Origin: Octopus vulgaris
Lineage: Eukaryota
Direction: 5' to 3'
Assembly: GCA_951406725.2 (NCBI GenBank)
Contig: OX597817.1
Span: forward strand, 11,160,001 to 11,224,000
DNA length: 64,000 nt
Below, piece by piece: positions 26,250 through 39,566 of this stretch; position 1 is the stretch's first letter; each line of letters begins with the position of its first letter. The notes beneath the pieces are model-generated. The model saw nothing but the letters and a program-made list of their open reading frames with translations. It did no database searches and was not told where the DNA came from. The position numbers and the translations under genes are program-made.

Positions 26250-28423
26250 TGTTTGACTTTTGCATTTGTACAAGTTGGCTCCAAGTCTCACCCAGAGACT
26301 TCAAGAGACAACAAGTTAGAAGTTCATGTTGGTGCTATTTCTAGGATGTCATATATTTGGCCTTGTACATATTGTTTTAGAGGATGTTTAATAAAACAAG
26401 AAAATTATGAGTTTGTTCTAAAATTTGAGATTACATAGACAGTATTTTACGTAGGATATGGGCAGTTCTCATGAGCACTATCTTTTCAATTTCTGCCATT
26501 TTGGGTTTCCTGGTATCTGAGCTAGGTAGCAATCAGCCCCTTTTGCTATTATTCCCAGGGCACCTATGACAACAGGTATTGTTTTAGTCTTCAGGTTCCA
26601 CATTTTGCCAATTTCTATTTCAACATCTTTATACTTGCTCAGTTTTTGGTAGGTCTTGACAGATACGTTTATGTCGATTGGGACAGTCATATCAATGAGG
26701 AGGCATGATTTTTGTCTGAAGTCTTTCAATATAATGTCTGGCCTATTCGCATCTATCTTTCTGTCAGTTTGAATGGTGAAGTTCCAGAGGAGTGAGATGT
26801 GACCATTTTCAGGTTTTTGCAAATTACCCAGTGAATATATTGTGCTATTCTATCATGCTTGTTGAGATACTCTGTAGGTGCAAGAAGACTGCACTTGGAG
26901 ACAACATGATCAATGGTTTCATTTTGTTGTTGACATACACGACATGTTGGGCTACTGCCGTTCTTTAATATGTTGGCCTGGTAGTTTCTTGTAGGCATTG
27001 ATCTTGGAGCTACTATGATAAACCCTTCTGTTTCTGATTTTAAGTCAGAAGCCACTAACCATTGATGGGTAAGGGCTTTATCAACATCAGCACTATTAGA
27101 TCTCTTTGGGTATTTGCCATTGAGAAGTTTTTCATGACATTTATCAGTAAGAATATCTAAGGCAGCAGTTTTAGCACGGGTTTTCATACGCTTAGCTTTT
27201 TCTGTGCTTGTTTCTAGTACGTCTAATTCTGGAATTTGTTGTATTTGGAATTCACTTAGATATTCTTTTATATACAATGTTACTGAGTATGATGCTTTCT
27301 TGTTTTCATGTTTTTCAGGTAGGTGTCTAGGCCAATTGTGGCAATCTTCATTGTTAATTCCAGTTGTAAAATTCCACGTCCTCCCTCTTTTCTTGGCAGA
27401 TAAAGTCGTTCTATATCTACCTTAGGGTAGTGCATTCTATGCATTGTCAACAATTTTTGTATTTTTCTGTCAAGATTACATATTTCAGTAAACTGACCAG
27501 TTAATGATATTGAAACTGTAAGTCACGACTAGTATGGCTAATGTATTGATTACTTCGATCCTGTTTCTTGCACTCAGCTCTGTCTTGAGTATTGCTCTTA
27601 CTCTACGATAACATTCTCCTCTGATCCTTTCCCTCATCTTTGAATGTTTGATTCTGTCCACTTCAAATACCCGTAGGTATTTGTAACTCTTCGCTAGTTC
27701 TAATTCCTTTCTGACATTCTGCTTGTCAAGATTAACATTGGATGTTTCTGTCATTTTTTCTTTGATAAAGGCAGCTTTTGCACATTTATCGAGGCCAAAT
27801 TGGACCCTGATGTCATCACTGACAGTTGTTTAACAATCGCTAGTTAGCTCTGTAGTTGTTGGTCATTTTTGCAAAGAGCTTTAAATAATCCATGTAAATG
27901 AGATGATTTATATTTTTATCAAACATTTTATAACCGTATTGTACATCATTGAGCAATCTCGAGAGATGTATTAAGGCTAGACAAAAGAGGAGTGGTGATA
28001 GTCACATGAAACTCTTACATCTCCAGCATTGAGAGATTCATTGTCACTGTCCAAAATCGGTGTGGTTCTCCATGATCTCATACTTACAGACAAGAAGTTT
28101 CGCAGAGTAGGTCATATTTTGTATATTTCCGAACATTTTTTAATCCAGCTATGTGGTCTACTATCAAAAGCATTTTTATAGTCTATCCAGACTATCGACA
28201 AGTTTTTGTGTCGTTTGTGACAACATTCCAAGATAATATTATTAATGAGTAGCTGATTTTTACAACCTTAGGACCCATGCTTACATCCTTTCTGCTCATT
28301 AGGGAATATGCCACTTCTATTAAAAATACTGTAGATATATTCAGGCAAGACAGATGTTAGCATTTTGTACATTGATGTTAAGCAGGTTATGGGTCTATAA
28401 TTTTTTGCCTCAATTGTTTCTTC

Positions 28424-28427
<4 letters not shown>
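26250..28427 (-). mobile_element. R4/Dong-clade non-LTR retrotransposon (RT, CCHC, RLE), 5'-truncated and frameshifted
   Basis: NYRPITCL, EQKGCK, WIDYKNAFDS, YMDYLKLFA, YKYL, CRVC-x8-H-x4-C, RPDIIL...LLIDMTVP...KLSKY, IPVVIGALG. The 5' end abuts (TAA)n at 28428-28460. Confidence 0.95.
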
Positions 28428-28462
<35 letters not shown>

Positions 28463-28618
28463 GCTAATATCAACACAAAAAGCAGAAAACAGCATTAACA
28501 ACCTCAAAAACAAAACAGCGTAGCTAGAGACTCTCATTTCCTCATTCAGTTCTCTTTCTCTCTCACTGTTTCACAAAAATTCATACAATCATCCGTAACA
28601 TGCACACACACACGCACG

Positions 28619-28728
<110 letters not shown>

Positions 28729-28856
28729 TTCGAAATTGCGAAGATGATCCGGTCCTTGACTGAAGATTGAGGGCTTCGAATGTCACGTCCGTGTTTTTTG
28801 TGTCGTCTTCTAAATGTTTCACGTTCTTGTCCCAGTTTGTATATTTTTTTTTTTAC

Positions 28857-28907
<51 letters not shown>

Positions 28908-28944
28908 GAAAAGAGAGAGACAGAGAGGAGAAAGAGAGAGAGAA

Positions 28945-29265
28945 AGGGGGAGCGAGATAGAACTTTCGGTCATGAATGACCATGAGATTGTACCTAGAAA
29001 GTTTCCCTCCAAGACACAAGTCTGAGCAAGGTTGTTTGTGGAAGCCAGCAGTCACCCATACATACCAGCTTCCCCAAGGGAAAGGCAAAGACCGATACAG
29101 CTTGGCACTTGTGACGTCGCAACTCATTTCTGCAGATGAGGGAACTGCAGCAACGTGAAATGAAGTGTCTTGCTCAAGAACACATCAAACAGACCAGTCC
29201 GGGAATCGAACTCACTGCTTCGTGATTGTGAAGCTGACGCTCTAACCCCTGAGGCATGCACCTTC
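28945..29265 (-). mobile_element. SINE group C (short CORE-like head, tail type 3)
   Basis: Minus strand 'ggttagagcgtcagcttcacaatcacg...gagttcgattcccggac...ttgagcaagacacttcatttcacgttgc'. Confidence 0.8.
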
Positions 29266-29322
29266 ACGCACAAAATACACCTACAAACACATACACACGC
29301 ACAGACACACACATGCACACGC

Positions 29323-29362
<40 letters not shown>

Positions 29363-29410
29363 GTAATAATAATAATAATAATTATAATAATAAAAATGAT
29401 GATGATGATG

Positions 29411-29465
<55 letters not shown>

Positions 29466-29494
29466 TGATGATGATGATGATGATGATGATAATG

Positions 29495-29552
<58 letters not shown>

Positions 29553-29758
29553 TGATGATGATGATAATAATAAAAATGATGATGATGATGATAATAATAA
29601 TAATAATGATGATGATGATGATGATGATGATGATAATGATGATGATGATGATGATAATAATGATGATAATGATAATGATGATGATGATGATGATGATGAT
29701 GATAATAATAATAATAATAATAATAATGATGATGATGATGATGATGATAATAATAATA
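29323..29758. repeat. (AAT)n/(GAT)n compound microsatellite
   Basis: Direct reading. Confidence 0.97.
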
Positions 29759-30442
29759 TATATGAAACATACATACACAACGCATACTGAAAGTCTGGTG
29801 ATATGTGCTACAAAACATATATACACAACGCATACTGAAAGTCTGGTGATCTGCTATGTGCTACAGTCATTTTTGATATATATCTAAAAATCATCTGATT
29901 TTCTTATATAAAATAGCCATTGTATAGTTTCGGTCATGAGTGTTCTGCAGCTTCCCCATCCTTAGGGCACTTCCCCATCCTTAGGGCACTTCCCTATTCA
30001 TCATTACACTGAAAAAGCCACTGACATCTCTACAATTATCGTTAATAGTAGCCACACAATGCCACCTTTATTATTAGTGGTATCATCGTCCCCAGTCGGT
30101 GTTCAGGTCATTAACACCACCGTTACGCCTCTCAGTGACTGCAGATCTAATGTTTGAACTTCGTAATTTAGCGTAACAACCAAATCACAAGCGAATGAGT
30201 TGTCTATTAGAGATTGCTAAATCCGCAAAAAAAAAAAAAAAAAAAGTTCAGACCTTCACAATTCTTCTCGTTTCGTTTTTTGTCGGATTGAAAAAAAATC
30301 TATTTGTCTGTCTGTCTATCATTTTATATTAATCTTTGTTTTTTTAACTAAAGTTATGAAAGTTCATTCAATTCTTTTTAGTAGAGCACATAATTATTAA
30401 TTTTATGAAGAAAAGATTGATAATGACTTCGAAGTATCGGCT

Positions 30443-30710
30443 TGACAGCTGATGAAGGGGATTTTTCCTTGTGTAGTTGTCTTGTACTCTGTTTTTTCGT
30501 TGTTAAAAAAACGGTCCGTTCCATGCTGTTTTTACTTTTTCGTTTCTCGTTGAGTTCTACGTCTATTTGTGGTGTCTTGTACACTCGTATATATATTTAT
30601 ATGTGCATGTATATATACATGTAGATGTAGGTACGTACATATATGTTTGTATGTATGCATATATTTTATTTATTACGCTATTGTATGACTGAGCGCCTTC
30701 GCGATTCGAT
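30443..30710 (+). mobile_element. Dispersed repeat, probable PLE terminal fragment; second copy at 53441-53740
   Basis: 'gacagctgatgaaggggat...tctacgtctatttgtggtgtc...gtatgactgag' is shared between the two loci; both adjoin (TA)n. Confidence 0.7.
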
Positions 30711-30815
30711 ATATATATATATATCAGGTGGTGCTATTAAGTTAGACATGGTCTGGACCAATCTTTGGTCGAAACATATCTAAGTTTATTTATTTATCTA
30801 AGTTTATATATATAC

Positions 30816-30892
<77 letters not shown>

Positions 30893-31083
30893 CATGGTAT
30901 ATACTGTTAGGAACGTAGTAGAGTACAGTATAAATCTCGTCCACCTTCAGATTTTACCCTGTATTATCCAGTAGTAGTAACATACGTACTTCCAGTTTTG
31001 CGCTTGGTCATCTGTCGTGTGTGAATAGATATTTGTAAAAGATTTGGGGTTAACAACGAGTACGGTTGGACAGTTATTCTTTA

Positions 31084-31189
31084 ATCACTACAATCGTTTC
31101 TACACAACGTAGTTCTCCAGGCGTGCAGGTACTTGATTATGCAACTGTTTCCTTGCATTATGAGATCTAGCTGCGTTTCCTCAGGCGAT
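31084..31189 (-). ncRNA. Type I hammerhead ribozyme-like motif with long stem II
   Basis: ATCGC-CTGAGGA-aacgcag...(~77 nt stem II domain)...ttgtgta-GAAAC-gatt-GTA-GTGAT; stem I ATCGC/GTGAT. Confidence 0.65.
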
Positions 31190-31276
31190 ATGGAAATATT
31201 GTCTCCGTAAGTTCATATTCTCTGCTTCAAGAACGACCTCTCTGTTTGTCGTGGCGTGAATTTAGTAGTAGTTACT

Positions 31277-31497
31277 TATTTCTTTATTACCCACAAGGGG
31301 CTAAACATAGAGGGGACAGACATAGGTATTAAGTCGATTACATCGAGCCCAGTGCGCAACTGGTACTTAATTCATCGACCCCGAAAGGATGAAAGGCAAA
31401 GTCGACCTCGGCGGAATTTGAACTCACAACGTAACGACAGAGGAAATACGGCTACGCATTTCGCCCGGTGTGCTAACGTTTCTGCCAGCTCACCACC
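31277..31497 (-). mobile_element. SINE family B with 17-bp TSD
   Basis: TSD atttagtagtagttact at 31260-31276 and 31501-31517. Confidence 0.92.
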
Positions 31498-31951
31498 TTT
31501 ATTTAGTAGTAGTTACTGAGTTTATTCGTTGTGTTGTTGATGAAGGACCGTTGACAAACTGTTTGGAATGTGTAGATGTAGTGAGATAGTGATTCTGCTA
31601 CTGTTAAAGTGATTGCCGAGTCAACGGGATTGGCATTTGATTTCTTTGTACTGTTGATTTGTTCGTCATGGTTGATTACACATGTGATTGTCCTTAGCTG
31701 ACCTTTACAAATCGGCCTATACGCACATATACATGGTCGTTCACATATACATCCACATACATACTAACGCTTGTACACATACGCACATGCGTATGAAAGG
31801 AGCTATTATTGGCCAAGGGCATTATTTTTGAATGTAGATTTTGATGAGGTGTTGTAATGAAGTAGATTATGATCAATCGGAGATGCAGTCATTTCCTTAA
31901 TTTACTTGGAAGAGAAAAGCGTATAAAATATGGATACAATACGCAGACATA

Positions 31952-32343
31952 GGCGCAGGAGTGGCTGTGTGGTAAGTAGCTTGCTAACCAACTACATGGT
32001 TCCGGGTTCAATCCCCACTGCGTGGCATCTTGGGCAAGTGTCTTCTGCTATAGCCCCGGGCCGACCAATGCCTTGTGAGTGGATTTGGTAGACGGAAACT
32101 GAAAGAAGCCTGTCGTATATATGTATATATATATATGTGTGTGTGTTTGTGTGTCTGTGTTTGTCCCCCTAGCATTGCTTGACAACCGATGCTGGTGTGT
32201 TTACGTCCCCGTCACTTAGCGGTTCGGCAAAAGAGACCGATAGAATAAGTACTGGGCTTACAAAGAATAAGTCCCGGGGTCTATTTGCTCGACTAAAGGC
32301 GGTGCTCCAGCATGGCCGCAGTCAAATGACTGAAACAAGTAAG
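31952..32343 (+). mobile_element. SINE family A, full length
   Basis: 'ggcgcaggagtggctgtgtggtaag...gggttcaatccc...ttgggcaagtgtctt...gactgaaacaagtaa'; possible TSD agacata. Confidence 0.95.
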
Positions 32344-32534
32344 ACATATTCAACACATCATACACATGCTTAAATATATATACACTAACACACATCTGCC
32401 ACATTAACCTTTACATATACACATAAGCAGAAATAGGTACAACCCTACCCACAGAGAGAGACATGTATAAACCTGTTTATCAATACACATAAATATGGGG
32501 TTTTTGAACGCTTACACCAGCACATATACAGACA

Positions 32535-32941
32535 GGTTGCTGTGTGGTAAGTAGCTTGCTAACCAACCACATGGTTCCCGGTTCAGTCCCACTGAGTGGC
32601 ATCTTGGGCAAGTGTCTTCTGCCATAGCCCCGGGCCGACCAATGCCTTGTGAGTGGATTTGGCAGACGGAAACTGAAAGAAGCCTGTCGTATATATGTAT
32701 GTATATATATATATATGTGCATGTGTGTGTGTTTGTGTGTGTGGGGTTGTCCCCCTAGCATTGCTTGACAACGGATGCTGGTGTGTTTACGTCCCCGTCA
32801 CTTAGCGGTTCGGCAAAAGAGACCGATAGAATAAGTACTGGGCTTACAAAGAATAAGTCCCGGGATCGATTTGCTCGACTAAAGGCGGTGCTCCAGCATG
32901 GCCGCAGTCAAATGACTGAAACAAGTAAAAGAGTAAAAGAG
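32535..32941 (+). mobile_element. SINE family A
   Basis: Near-identical to the upstream copy. Confidence 0.95.
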
Positions 32942-33064
32942 GTGGTCACAGAGAAACAACTAAATTCGGAGCATGCAAACTGAAATACATGCACAGATCT
33001 ATACATACAGACAAATGCGTATTTAGACTCATACTTTCGTATACATAGCGAAAGACAAATATAG

Positions 33065-33785
33065 TGAAGGCGCGGGGTATAGTGGATACGTTAAATCACG
33101 ATCTAATGATTTTGGTTTCAGTTCTTGGACTTAGTGGATACTAGGGGCCTAGTAACCATTAGGGGCCTAATATCATGATCTAATGATTGTGGTTTCAGTC
33201 CCTGAACCGACCTGTGCGTTGTGTTCATAAGGAAAATACATCATTCCACATTGCCCCAGTCCATTCAACAGCGAATGAGACGGGTTCCCGTGGAAGCACT
33301 CCGTCGGTTACGATGACGAGGGTTCCGGTTGATCCGAATCAACGGAACAGCCTGTTCGTGAAATTAACGTGTAAGTGGCTGAGCACTCCACAGACACGTG
33401 TACCCTTAACGTAGTTCTCGGGGATATTCAGCGTGACACAGAGAGTGACAAGGCCGGCCCTTTGAAATACAGGTACAACAGAAACAGGAAGTAAGAGTGA
33501 GAGAAAGTTGTGGTGAAAGAGTACAGCAGGGATCACCACCATCCCCTGCCGGAGCCTCGTGGAGCTTTAGGTGTTTTCGCTCAATAAACACTCACAACGC
33601 CCGGTCTGGGAATCGAAGCCGCGATCCTATGACCGCGAGTCCGCTGCCCTAACCACTGGGCCATTGCGCCTCCACAGACGGAGTCCCCGTACTGTTCAGG
33701 GGAAAATGTTGTGATCTCGGTTACTTATAAACCATGGAAACCGGGTAACCGACTTGAGGGGTTCTAAGGATCAAGACGAACAGAA
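33065..33785 (+). mobile_element. Old group C SINE interrupted by a younger group C SINE
   Basis: Degraded head at 33065-33290 resumes at ~33690 with 'ccatggaaaccgggtaacc'. Confidence 0.55.
33291..33675 (-). mobile_element. SINE group C (long head, tail type 2)
   Basis: Head 'ggaggcgcaatggcccagtggttagggcagcggactcgcgg...ttcgattccc'; tail 'cgtaaccgacggagtgcttcca'; imperfect TSD agacgg..cccgt. Confidence 0.92.
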
Positions 33786-34435
33786 AGAGACTAATACAAA
33801 CACACACACATACACAGTTACATGTTTTTGTGCGAGAATGTGTGTGCCAGAATTTGTGTGTATGTGTATGCATGCATGCATGCGAGCGAGCGTGTGTGTG
33901 TGTATGTGTATGCATGCATGCATGCGAGCGAGTGTGTGAGTGTGTGTGTGTATGAGTGTGTGTGTGTAAGTGTGTGTGTGTGTGTGCGTGTGTGCGTGTA
34001 TGTGCATGTTGTTTTTCGGTAAGTAAATCGGATGATACATGCTTCCATAGATTGAGAGGTTATCTTTACAAAAGCAGTGACTCGTCCTATTGAATGCAAA
34101 AAGCATTTACTGAGCTGCGAGATGTGGGTGGTTGAGAAATCAACAGCGATAGAGAGAAACCGAGAGAAAGAGAGAAAGAGAAAGAGAGAGAGATAAAGAA
34201 AGAGAGAAAGAAAAAGAGAGAGAAAGGAATAGAGAGATAGAGGTGCGAAAGAAAGGAAAAGAAGTGGGGGAGAAAGAAATGAGGAGAGAAATGTAAAGGG
34301 AGAAAGCAACCGTATACCAAGAAACCTTCGTTTTCATTGTATCAAATCATACGATACACGCATTTGATATCTAATGTAAACAGAGATAAATATCGCCAAG
34401 AATATTTACAGCATTCGTACACAAACACAGCTATG

Positions 34436-34567
34436 GAGAAGAAGAAGAAGAAGAAGAAGAAGAAGAAGAAGAAGAAGAAGAAGAAGAAGAAGAAGAAGAA
34501 GAAGAAGAAGAAGAAGAAGAAGAAGAAGAAGAAGAAGAAGAAGAAGAAGAAGAAGAAGAAGAAGAAG

Positions 34568-34598
<31 letters not shown>

Positions 34599-34632
34599 GG
34601 AAGAGGAAGAAGAAGAAGAAGAAGAAGAAAAA

Positions 34633-34665
<33 letters not shown>
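34436..34665. repeat. Long (GAA)n microsatellite
   Basis: Direct reading; about 53 uninterrupted units followed by variants. Confidence 0.97.
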
Positions 34666-35122
34666 CAGCGACGTACCTTGTTAAGCAAGAATTTCGCAAT
34701 AGTTCAACAACACCAATACTTTACTGACACCAGTCACGTCATCAGATCAAGACAGTGTGATCACGTGGTGTACTGATCTCTGTTAGGGCCATTACACTAT
34801 CTGCTGCCATCATTACGAAAGTTGACTGAAAGAACCTCCATTATTTCCGTTATATCAAATCATGAAGTTATTTTGTTAAAAATAAAAGCGATTTAAAATG
34901 AAACAAAAAGAAACGAAAATTTGTATCTATAACTTCTGTATGGAGGTCAATCTTTATCCTAAATATTTCTAGCAGACGACTATCTAAAGGGTAACAGATG
35001 GATTGAAGTTGGCTCCAGTATACTTGCAAAAGTGTTAGAGATTAGTGTGGGTGGGCTTGTAAATTTGTTAATAAAATAAACTAGTTGTAAATTATGTATA
35101 AACTGTATGTGTACACGTTTCA

Positions 35123-35182
<60 letters not shown>

Positions 35183-35227
35183 GTCTGTCTGTCTGTCCGT
35201 CCGTCTGTCTCTCTATCAATCTACATT

Positions 35228-35286
<59 letters not shown>

Positions 35287-35365
35287 GTCTGTCTGTCTGT
35301 CTGTCTGTCCGTCCGTCTGTCCGTCCGTCTGTCCGTCCGTCTGTCTGTCTGTCTGTCTGTCTATA

Positions 35366-35452
<87 letters not shown>

Positions 35453-35564
35453 ATATCTATCTACACACACAGACATACGTATACATGCATACATACAAAC
35501 ACACACACACACATATATATACATATTTATATGTATGTACGTACATATACATATATACATTCAT

Positions 35565-35622
<58 letters not shown>

Positions 35623-35763
35623 CGTGTGTCAGCGTGTGTATGCATTTATGTATGTATCTATCCCACTCTCTACCCTCTCTCTCATTGACTTCCTCTCTCC
35701 TTTCCTTATTCTCCCCCTTTCTCTTGGTATATATACATACTCACATACTCACATACATACATG

Positions 35764-35855
<92 letters not shown>

Positions 35856-35988
35856 AGTGTGTGCGTGTGCATATACATGCCTATATTGGTATATATATAC
35901 ACACGCATGTGCGCACACACACACGTGCACACACACATACATATATATACACACACACAGATATATATAAATATATATATATATACGT

Positions 35989-36027
<39 letters not shown>

Positions 36028-36071
36028 GCACACACGTGCGCACACACACATACATATATATATATACACAC

Positions 36072-36122
<51 letters not shown>

Positions 36123-36132
36123 TACATATATA
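35123..36132. repeat. (TCTA)n/(TCTG)n/(TA)n/(CA)n compound microsatellite
   Basis: Direct reading. Confidence 0.95.
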
Positions 36133-36432
36133 ATTTGTTCATATCACGCCATAATCGTCCAATGCCTACACATAAATGATGACCAATGAAATACGCCAGT
36201 TTAAAACTCATAACAACAGACAGTGTATCTAGTTCTCTACGAACGTTTTAGAAGCCAGACAGAAACACCGATGTGTTATCAGGAACATCTCAGATATAAT
36301 GCTGTAATGTTCACATAAAACGATTGTAAACTATAAAATTTTCTCCGCAACGTTAATACTGATACATAAGCGCGTGCACGCGCACTCACACAGGCAATGT
36401 GGGTGTCTACCCGCGAGTGCGTGATCTGCTAA

Positions 36433-36824
36433 ATAGTTAGTTAAGTTAGTTAGTTAGTTAGTTAGTTAATTTTTTTGGCTCAAACAGCAAAAAGCAAGGC
36501 CATGTAGGGGGACATGGAGTTGTGTACAGGGTGGTGTTCATGTAAAGAGTTCAGGCCACTTGTGGTCAAGGGAGACTTTGAACAAAGCGGTCGTCGGCAT
36601 CTTCACTATCTCGTCCGGCAGCTTATTCCACGGATCCGCAACCCGGACGGAGAAAGCCCCCTCCTTCGATTGAGATGAAATCGTCGCAGATAGAGCTTTT
36701 CGGAATGACCCCGCAGCCGACGCTCTGGAGCAGGCGTGAAGAACAGCTCTTTCGAGAGGTTACACTTTCTGCTTATGATGTTGTGAGATCACCACGGCGT
36801 CGTCGTTTTTCTAGAGAATAAAGG
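36433..36824 (-). mobile_element. CR1-clade LINE 3' end with (TAAC)n tail
   Basis: LYSLEKRRRRGDL...LRGHSEKL...AFSVRVADPWNKLP...FKVSLD, then a short UTR and (TAAC)n. Confidence 0.9.
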
Positions 36825-37127
36825 TAAATATACAGCATGAAAATCTTCCTCAAAACACAGTGTACCATCTTAAGTTTTAAAGGATGTATGGAATGATGTG
36901 CTCCTAGGACATCAATGTCAGAATAAATAAGTAAATGAATAAATAAATAAATAAGAAAGAAACAAAAATGTGGACATAGGTGTTGTGTTGAATGTGTTTG
37001 ATCAAATTCGTATTGATTATTGATGACAAAACAAGAATAACTAAAGCGACATCAACAACAATAACAACATATACAGACTTACCCTTATCCAAGCAAGGGC
37101 CGGATCGTTTCTGATCAATATCTGGTT

Positions 37128-37903
37128 ATACATACAGGCACACATACATACATACATACATACATACATACATACATAACATACATACATACATACATAC
37201 ATACATACATAACATACATACATACATACATACATAACATACATACATGCATACATACATACATACGTACATACATACATACATACATACATACATAACA
37301 TACATACATACATACATACATACATACATACATACATACATACATAACATGCATACATACACACACATACACACACACATAAATACATACATACATACAT
37401 ACATAACATACATACATACATACATACATAACATACATACATACATACATACATAACATACATACATGCATACATACATACATACGTACATACATACATA
37501 CATACATACATACATAGATAACATACATACATACATACATACATACATACATACATACATAACATGCATACATACACACACATACACACACACATAAATA
37601 CATACATACATACACACACACATACATACATACATACATGCATACATACATACATACATACATACATACATACATACATACATACATACATGTATGCATA
37701 GATACGTACGTACATACATGCATGCATATATGTATGCATGCATACACACATACATACATACATACATACATACATGCATACATACATAAATACATACATA
37801 CACGCACAATACATATATACATGCATGTAAGCGTACATACATACACACATACACACATGCATACATACATACGTAATTACATGCATATATACATACATAC
37901 ATA
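37128..37903. repeat. (TACA)n array with higher-order periodicity
   Basis: Direct reading; a block of ~235 bp is duplicated inside the array. Confidence 0.95.
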
Positions 37904-37904
37904 T

Positions 37905-38092
37905 TTGGCGGGTTGGCCACCATTCTTCCTAAACGGAAGGCCAGCCTTCGCAGGGTTACCCATTTACAGCTGGGCAGACTGGAGCAATGTAAAATGAAGT
38001 GCTTTGCTCAAAAGCTCAACGCACTGCTGGTCTGGTAATAAAAATCATGATCTTGTGTGCAATACCCTAGCTACCATACCATGCGCCTTCAT
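37905..38092 (-). mobile_element. Old group C SINE (short head, different body)
   Basis: Minus strand 'gaaggcgcatggtatggtagctagggtatt...ttgagcaaagcacttcatttt...ccagctgtaaatgggta'. Confidence 0.7.
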
Positions 38093-38385
38093 ACACACAC
38101 ATCTGTATATGGGATTATTGCGTATGTGTGTACGTTTGTGTATGTGTGTGCGTATGTGTGCATAAATATGTATAAATAGGGGACAACAGCAATAAATAGG
38201 GGACAACAACAATAAATAGGGGACAACAACAATAAATAGAGGCGTTCCAGAATCTTCAGCACCAATGAGCCGAGTGTGTCGAATATACTCTCGTCGTAAA
38301 AGAGAGAACTTAGTGGATAGATTAGTATGAAGGAGTTGTTAATAGAACAGATTGGTAATATTCACCCTAGGTGGGAAACAGATAA

Positions 38386-38616
38386 GGCGACGAGCTGGCA
38401 GAAATGTTAGCATGCCGGGAGAAATGCTTAGCGGTATTTCCTCTGTCTTTATGTTCTGAGTTCAAATTCTGCCGAAGTCGACTTTTCCTTTCATCCTTTC
38501 GGAGTCGATTAAATAAGTACCAGTTATGCACTTGGGTCGATATAATCGATTTAATCTGTTTGTCTGTCAATGTTTGTTCCCTCTGTGAGTAGCCCCTTGT
38601 GGGCAATACAGAAATA
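38386..38616 (+). mobile_element. SINE family B with ~18-bp TSD
   Basis: TSD taggtgggaaa(c/t)agataa at 38368-38385 and 38615-38632. Confidence 0.9.
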
Positions 38617-38997
38617 GGTGGGAAATAGATAAATAAACTATAATTAATTGTAGACTAGATTGATTGATTGAATGATTAGTAGATTGGATACTACCCAGAA
38701 TGGAACTGATACAAGCTGATGAAATTATAATAATATAGTTCAAATTACATTATAGTGACCAGCATATTTTGTATCTGAACCTGTCTAGATATATTAAGAA
38801 TAAATACGCCAGTAACCACTGTCATACTTAAAATATGACTACGCTTAAGTTTGATGTATCTTAAAGTTTATTTGAAATTTCCGTATTAGGAACATGTTTG
38901 TTTCAAATCAAACATAAATGACCAACAAGAAAATATGAGAAATCCCTAATATAAGAAATGAAACTTGTCAACCATGTCTGTTATGTTAGTGGTTGTT

Positions 38998-39290
38998 TAC
39001 TAGTGGTTAGAGCAGCGGACTTGCGGTCAAGGGATCGCGTGTTCGAATCTCGGATTAGGCAATGTGTGTGTTTATGAGTGAAACACCTAAGCTCCACGCG
39101 GCTCCGGCAGAAGGTTATGGCGAACTTTTGCTGATTCTTTCACCAGAACTTTCTCTCACTTTTTCCTCCTGCATATTGCAGCTCACCTGCGACAGACCGG
39201 CGTCCCGTCCAGGTGGGGAACCTATACTCTAAGGAAACCGGGAAACCGGCCCTTATGAGCCAGGCGCGGCTCGAGATGGAACAAACAAAC
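38998..39290 (+). mobile_element. SINE group C (long head, tail type 1)
   Basis: Homologous to 20862-21167. Confidence 0.9.
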
Positions 39291-39566
39291 CGAGTAAAGG
39301 TTTTCCATTAAAAGTTTACTTTCATTCTTCTGCAAACCTATACTCTAAGGAAACCGGGAAACCGGCCCTTATGAGCCAGGCGCGGCTCGAGATGGAACAA
39401 ACAAACCGAGTAAAGGTTTTCCATTAAAAGTTTACTTTCATTCTTCTGCAAACCTATACTCTAAGGAAACCGGGAAACCGGCCCTTATGAGCCAGGCGTG
39501 GCTCGAGATGGAACAAACAAACCGAGTAAAGGTTTTCCATTAAAAGTTTACTTTCATTCTTCTGCC
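39219..39566. repeat. 3 x 116-bp tandem repeat made of SINE tail plus flank
   Basis: 'cctatactctaagg' starts at 39221, 39337 and 39453. Confidence 0.95.

Noticed and set aside
29764-29995. Short tandem duplications (48 bp and 19 bp; also 38172-38240 and 62050-62120)
   Set aside because: Ordinary slippage products with no further structure.
30427-30470. CTGATGAAGGGG as a hammerhead core (also ~53446 and CTGAAGA at ~28760)
   Set aside because: No correctly placed GAAA-stem III-NUH with a pairing stem I could be built in these copies.
30745-30790. GACCAA-tct-TTGGTC-GAAAC-atat hairpin
   Set aside because: It has stem II and GAAAC but lacks the CUGANGA core and cleavage triplet; at most a remnant.
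33600-33675. tRNA-like sequence (also 21095-21165, 38998-39055, 50820-50890)
   Set aside because: These are SINE heads continuing into SINE bodies; no complete acceptor stem or Pol III terminator.
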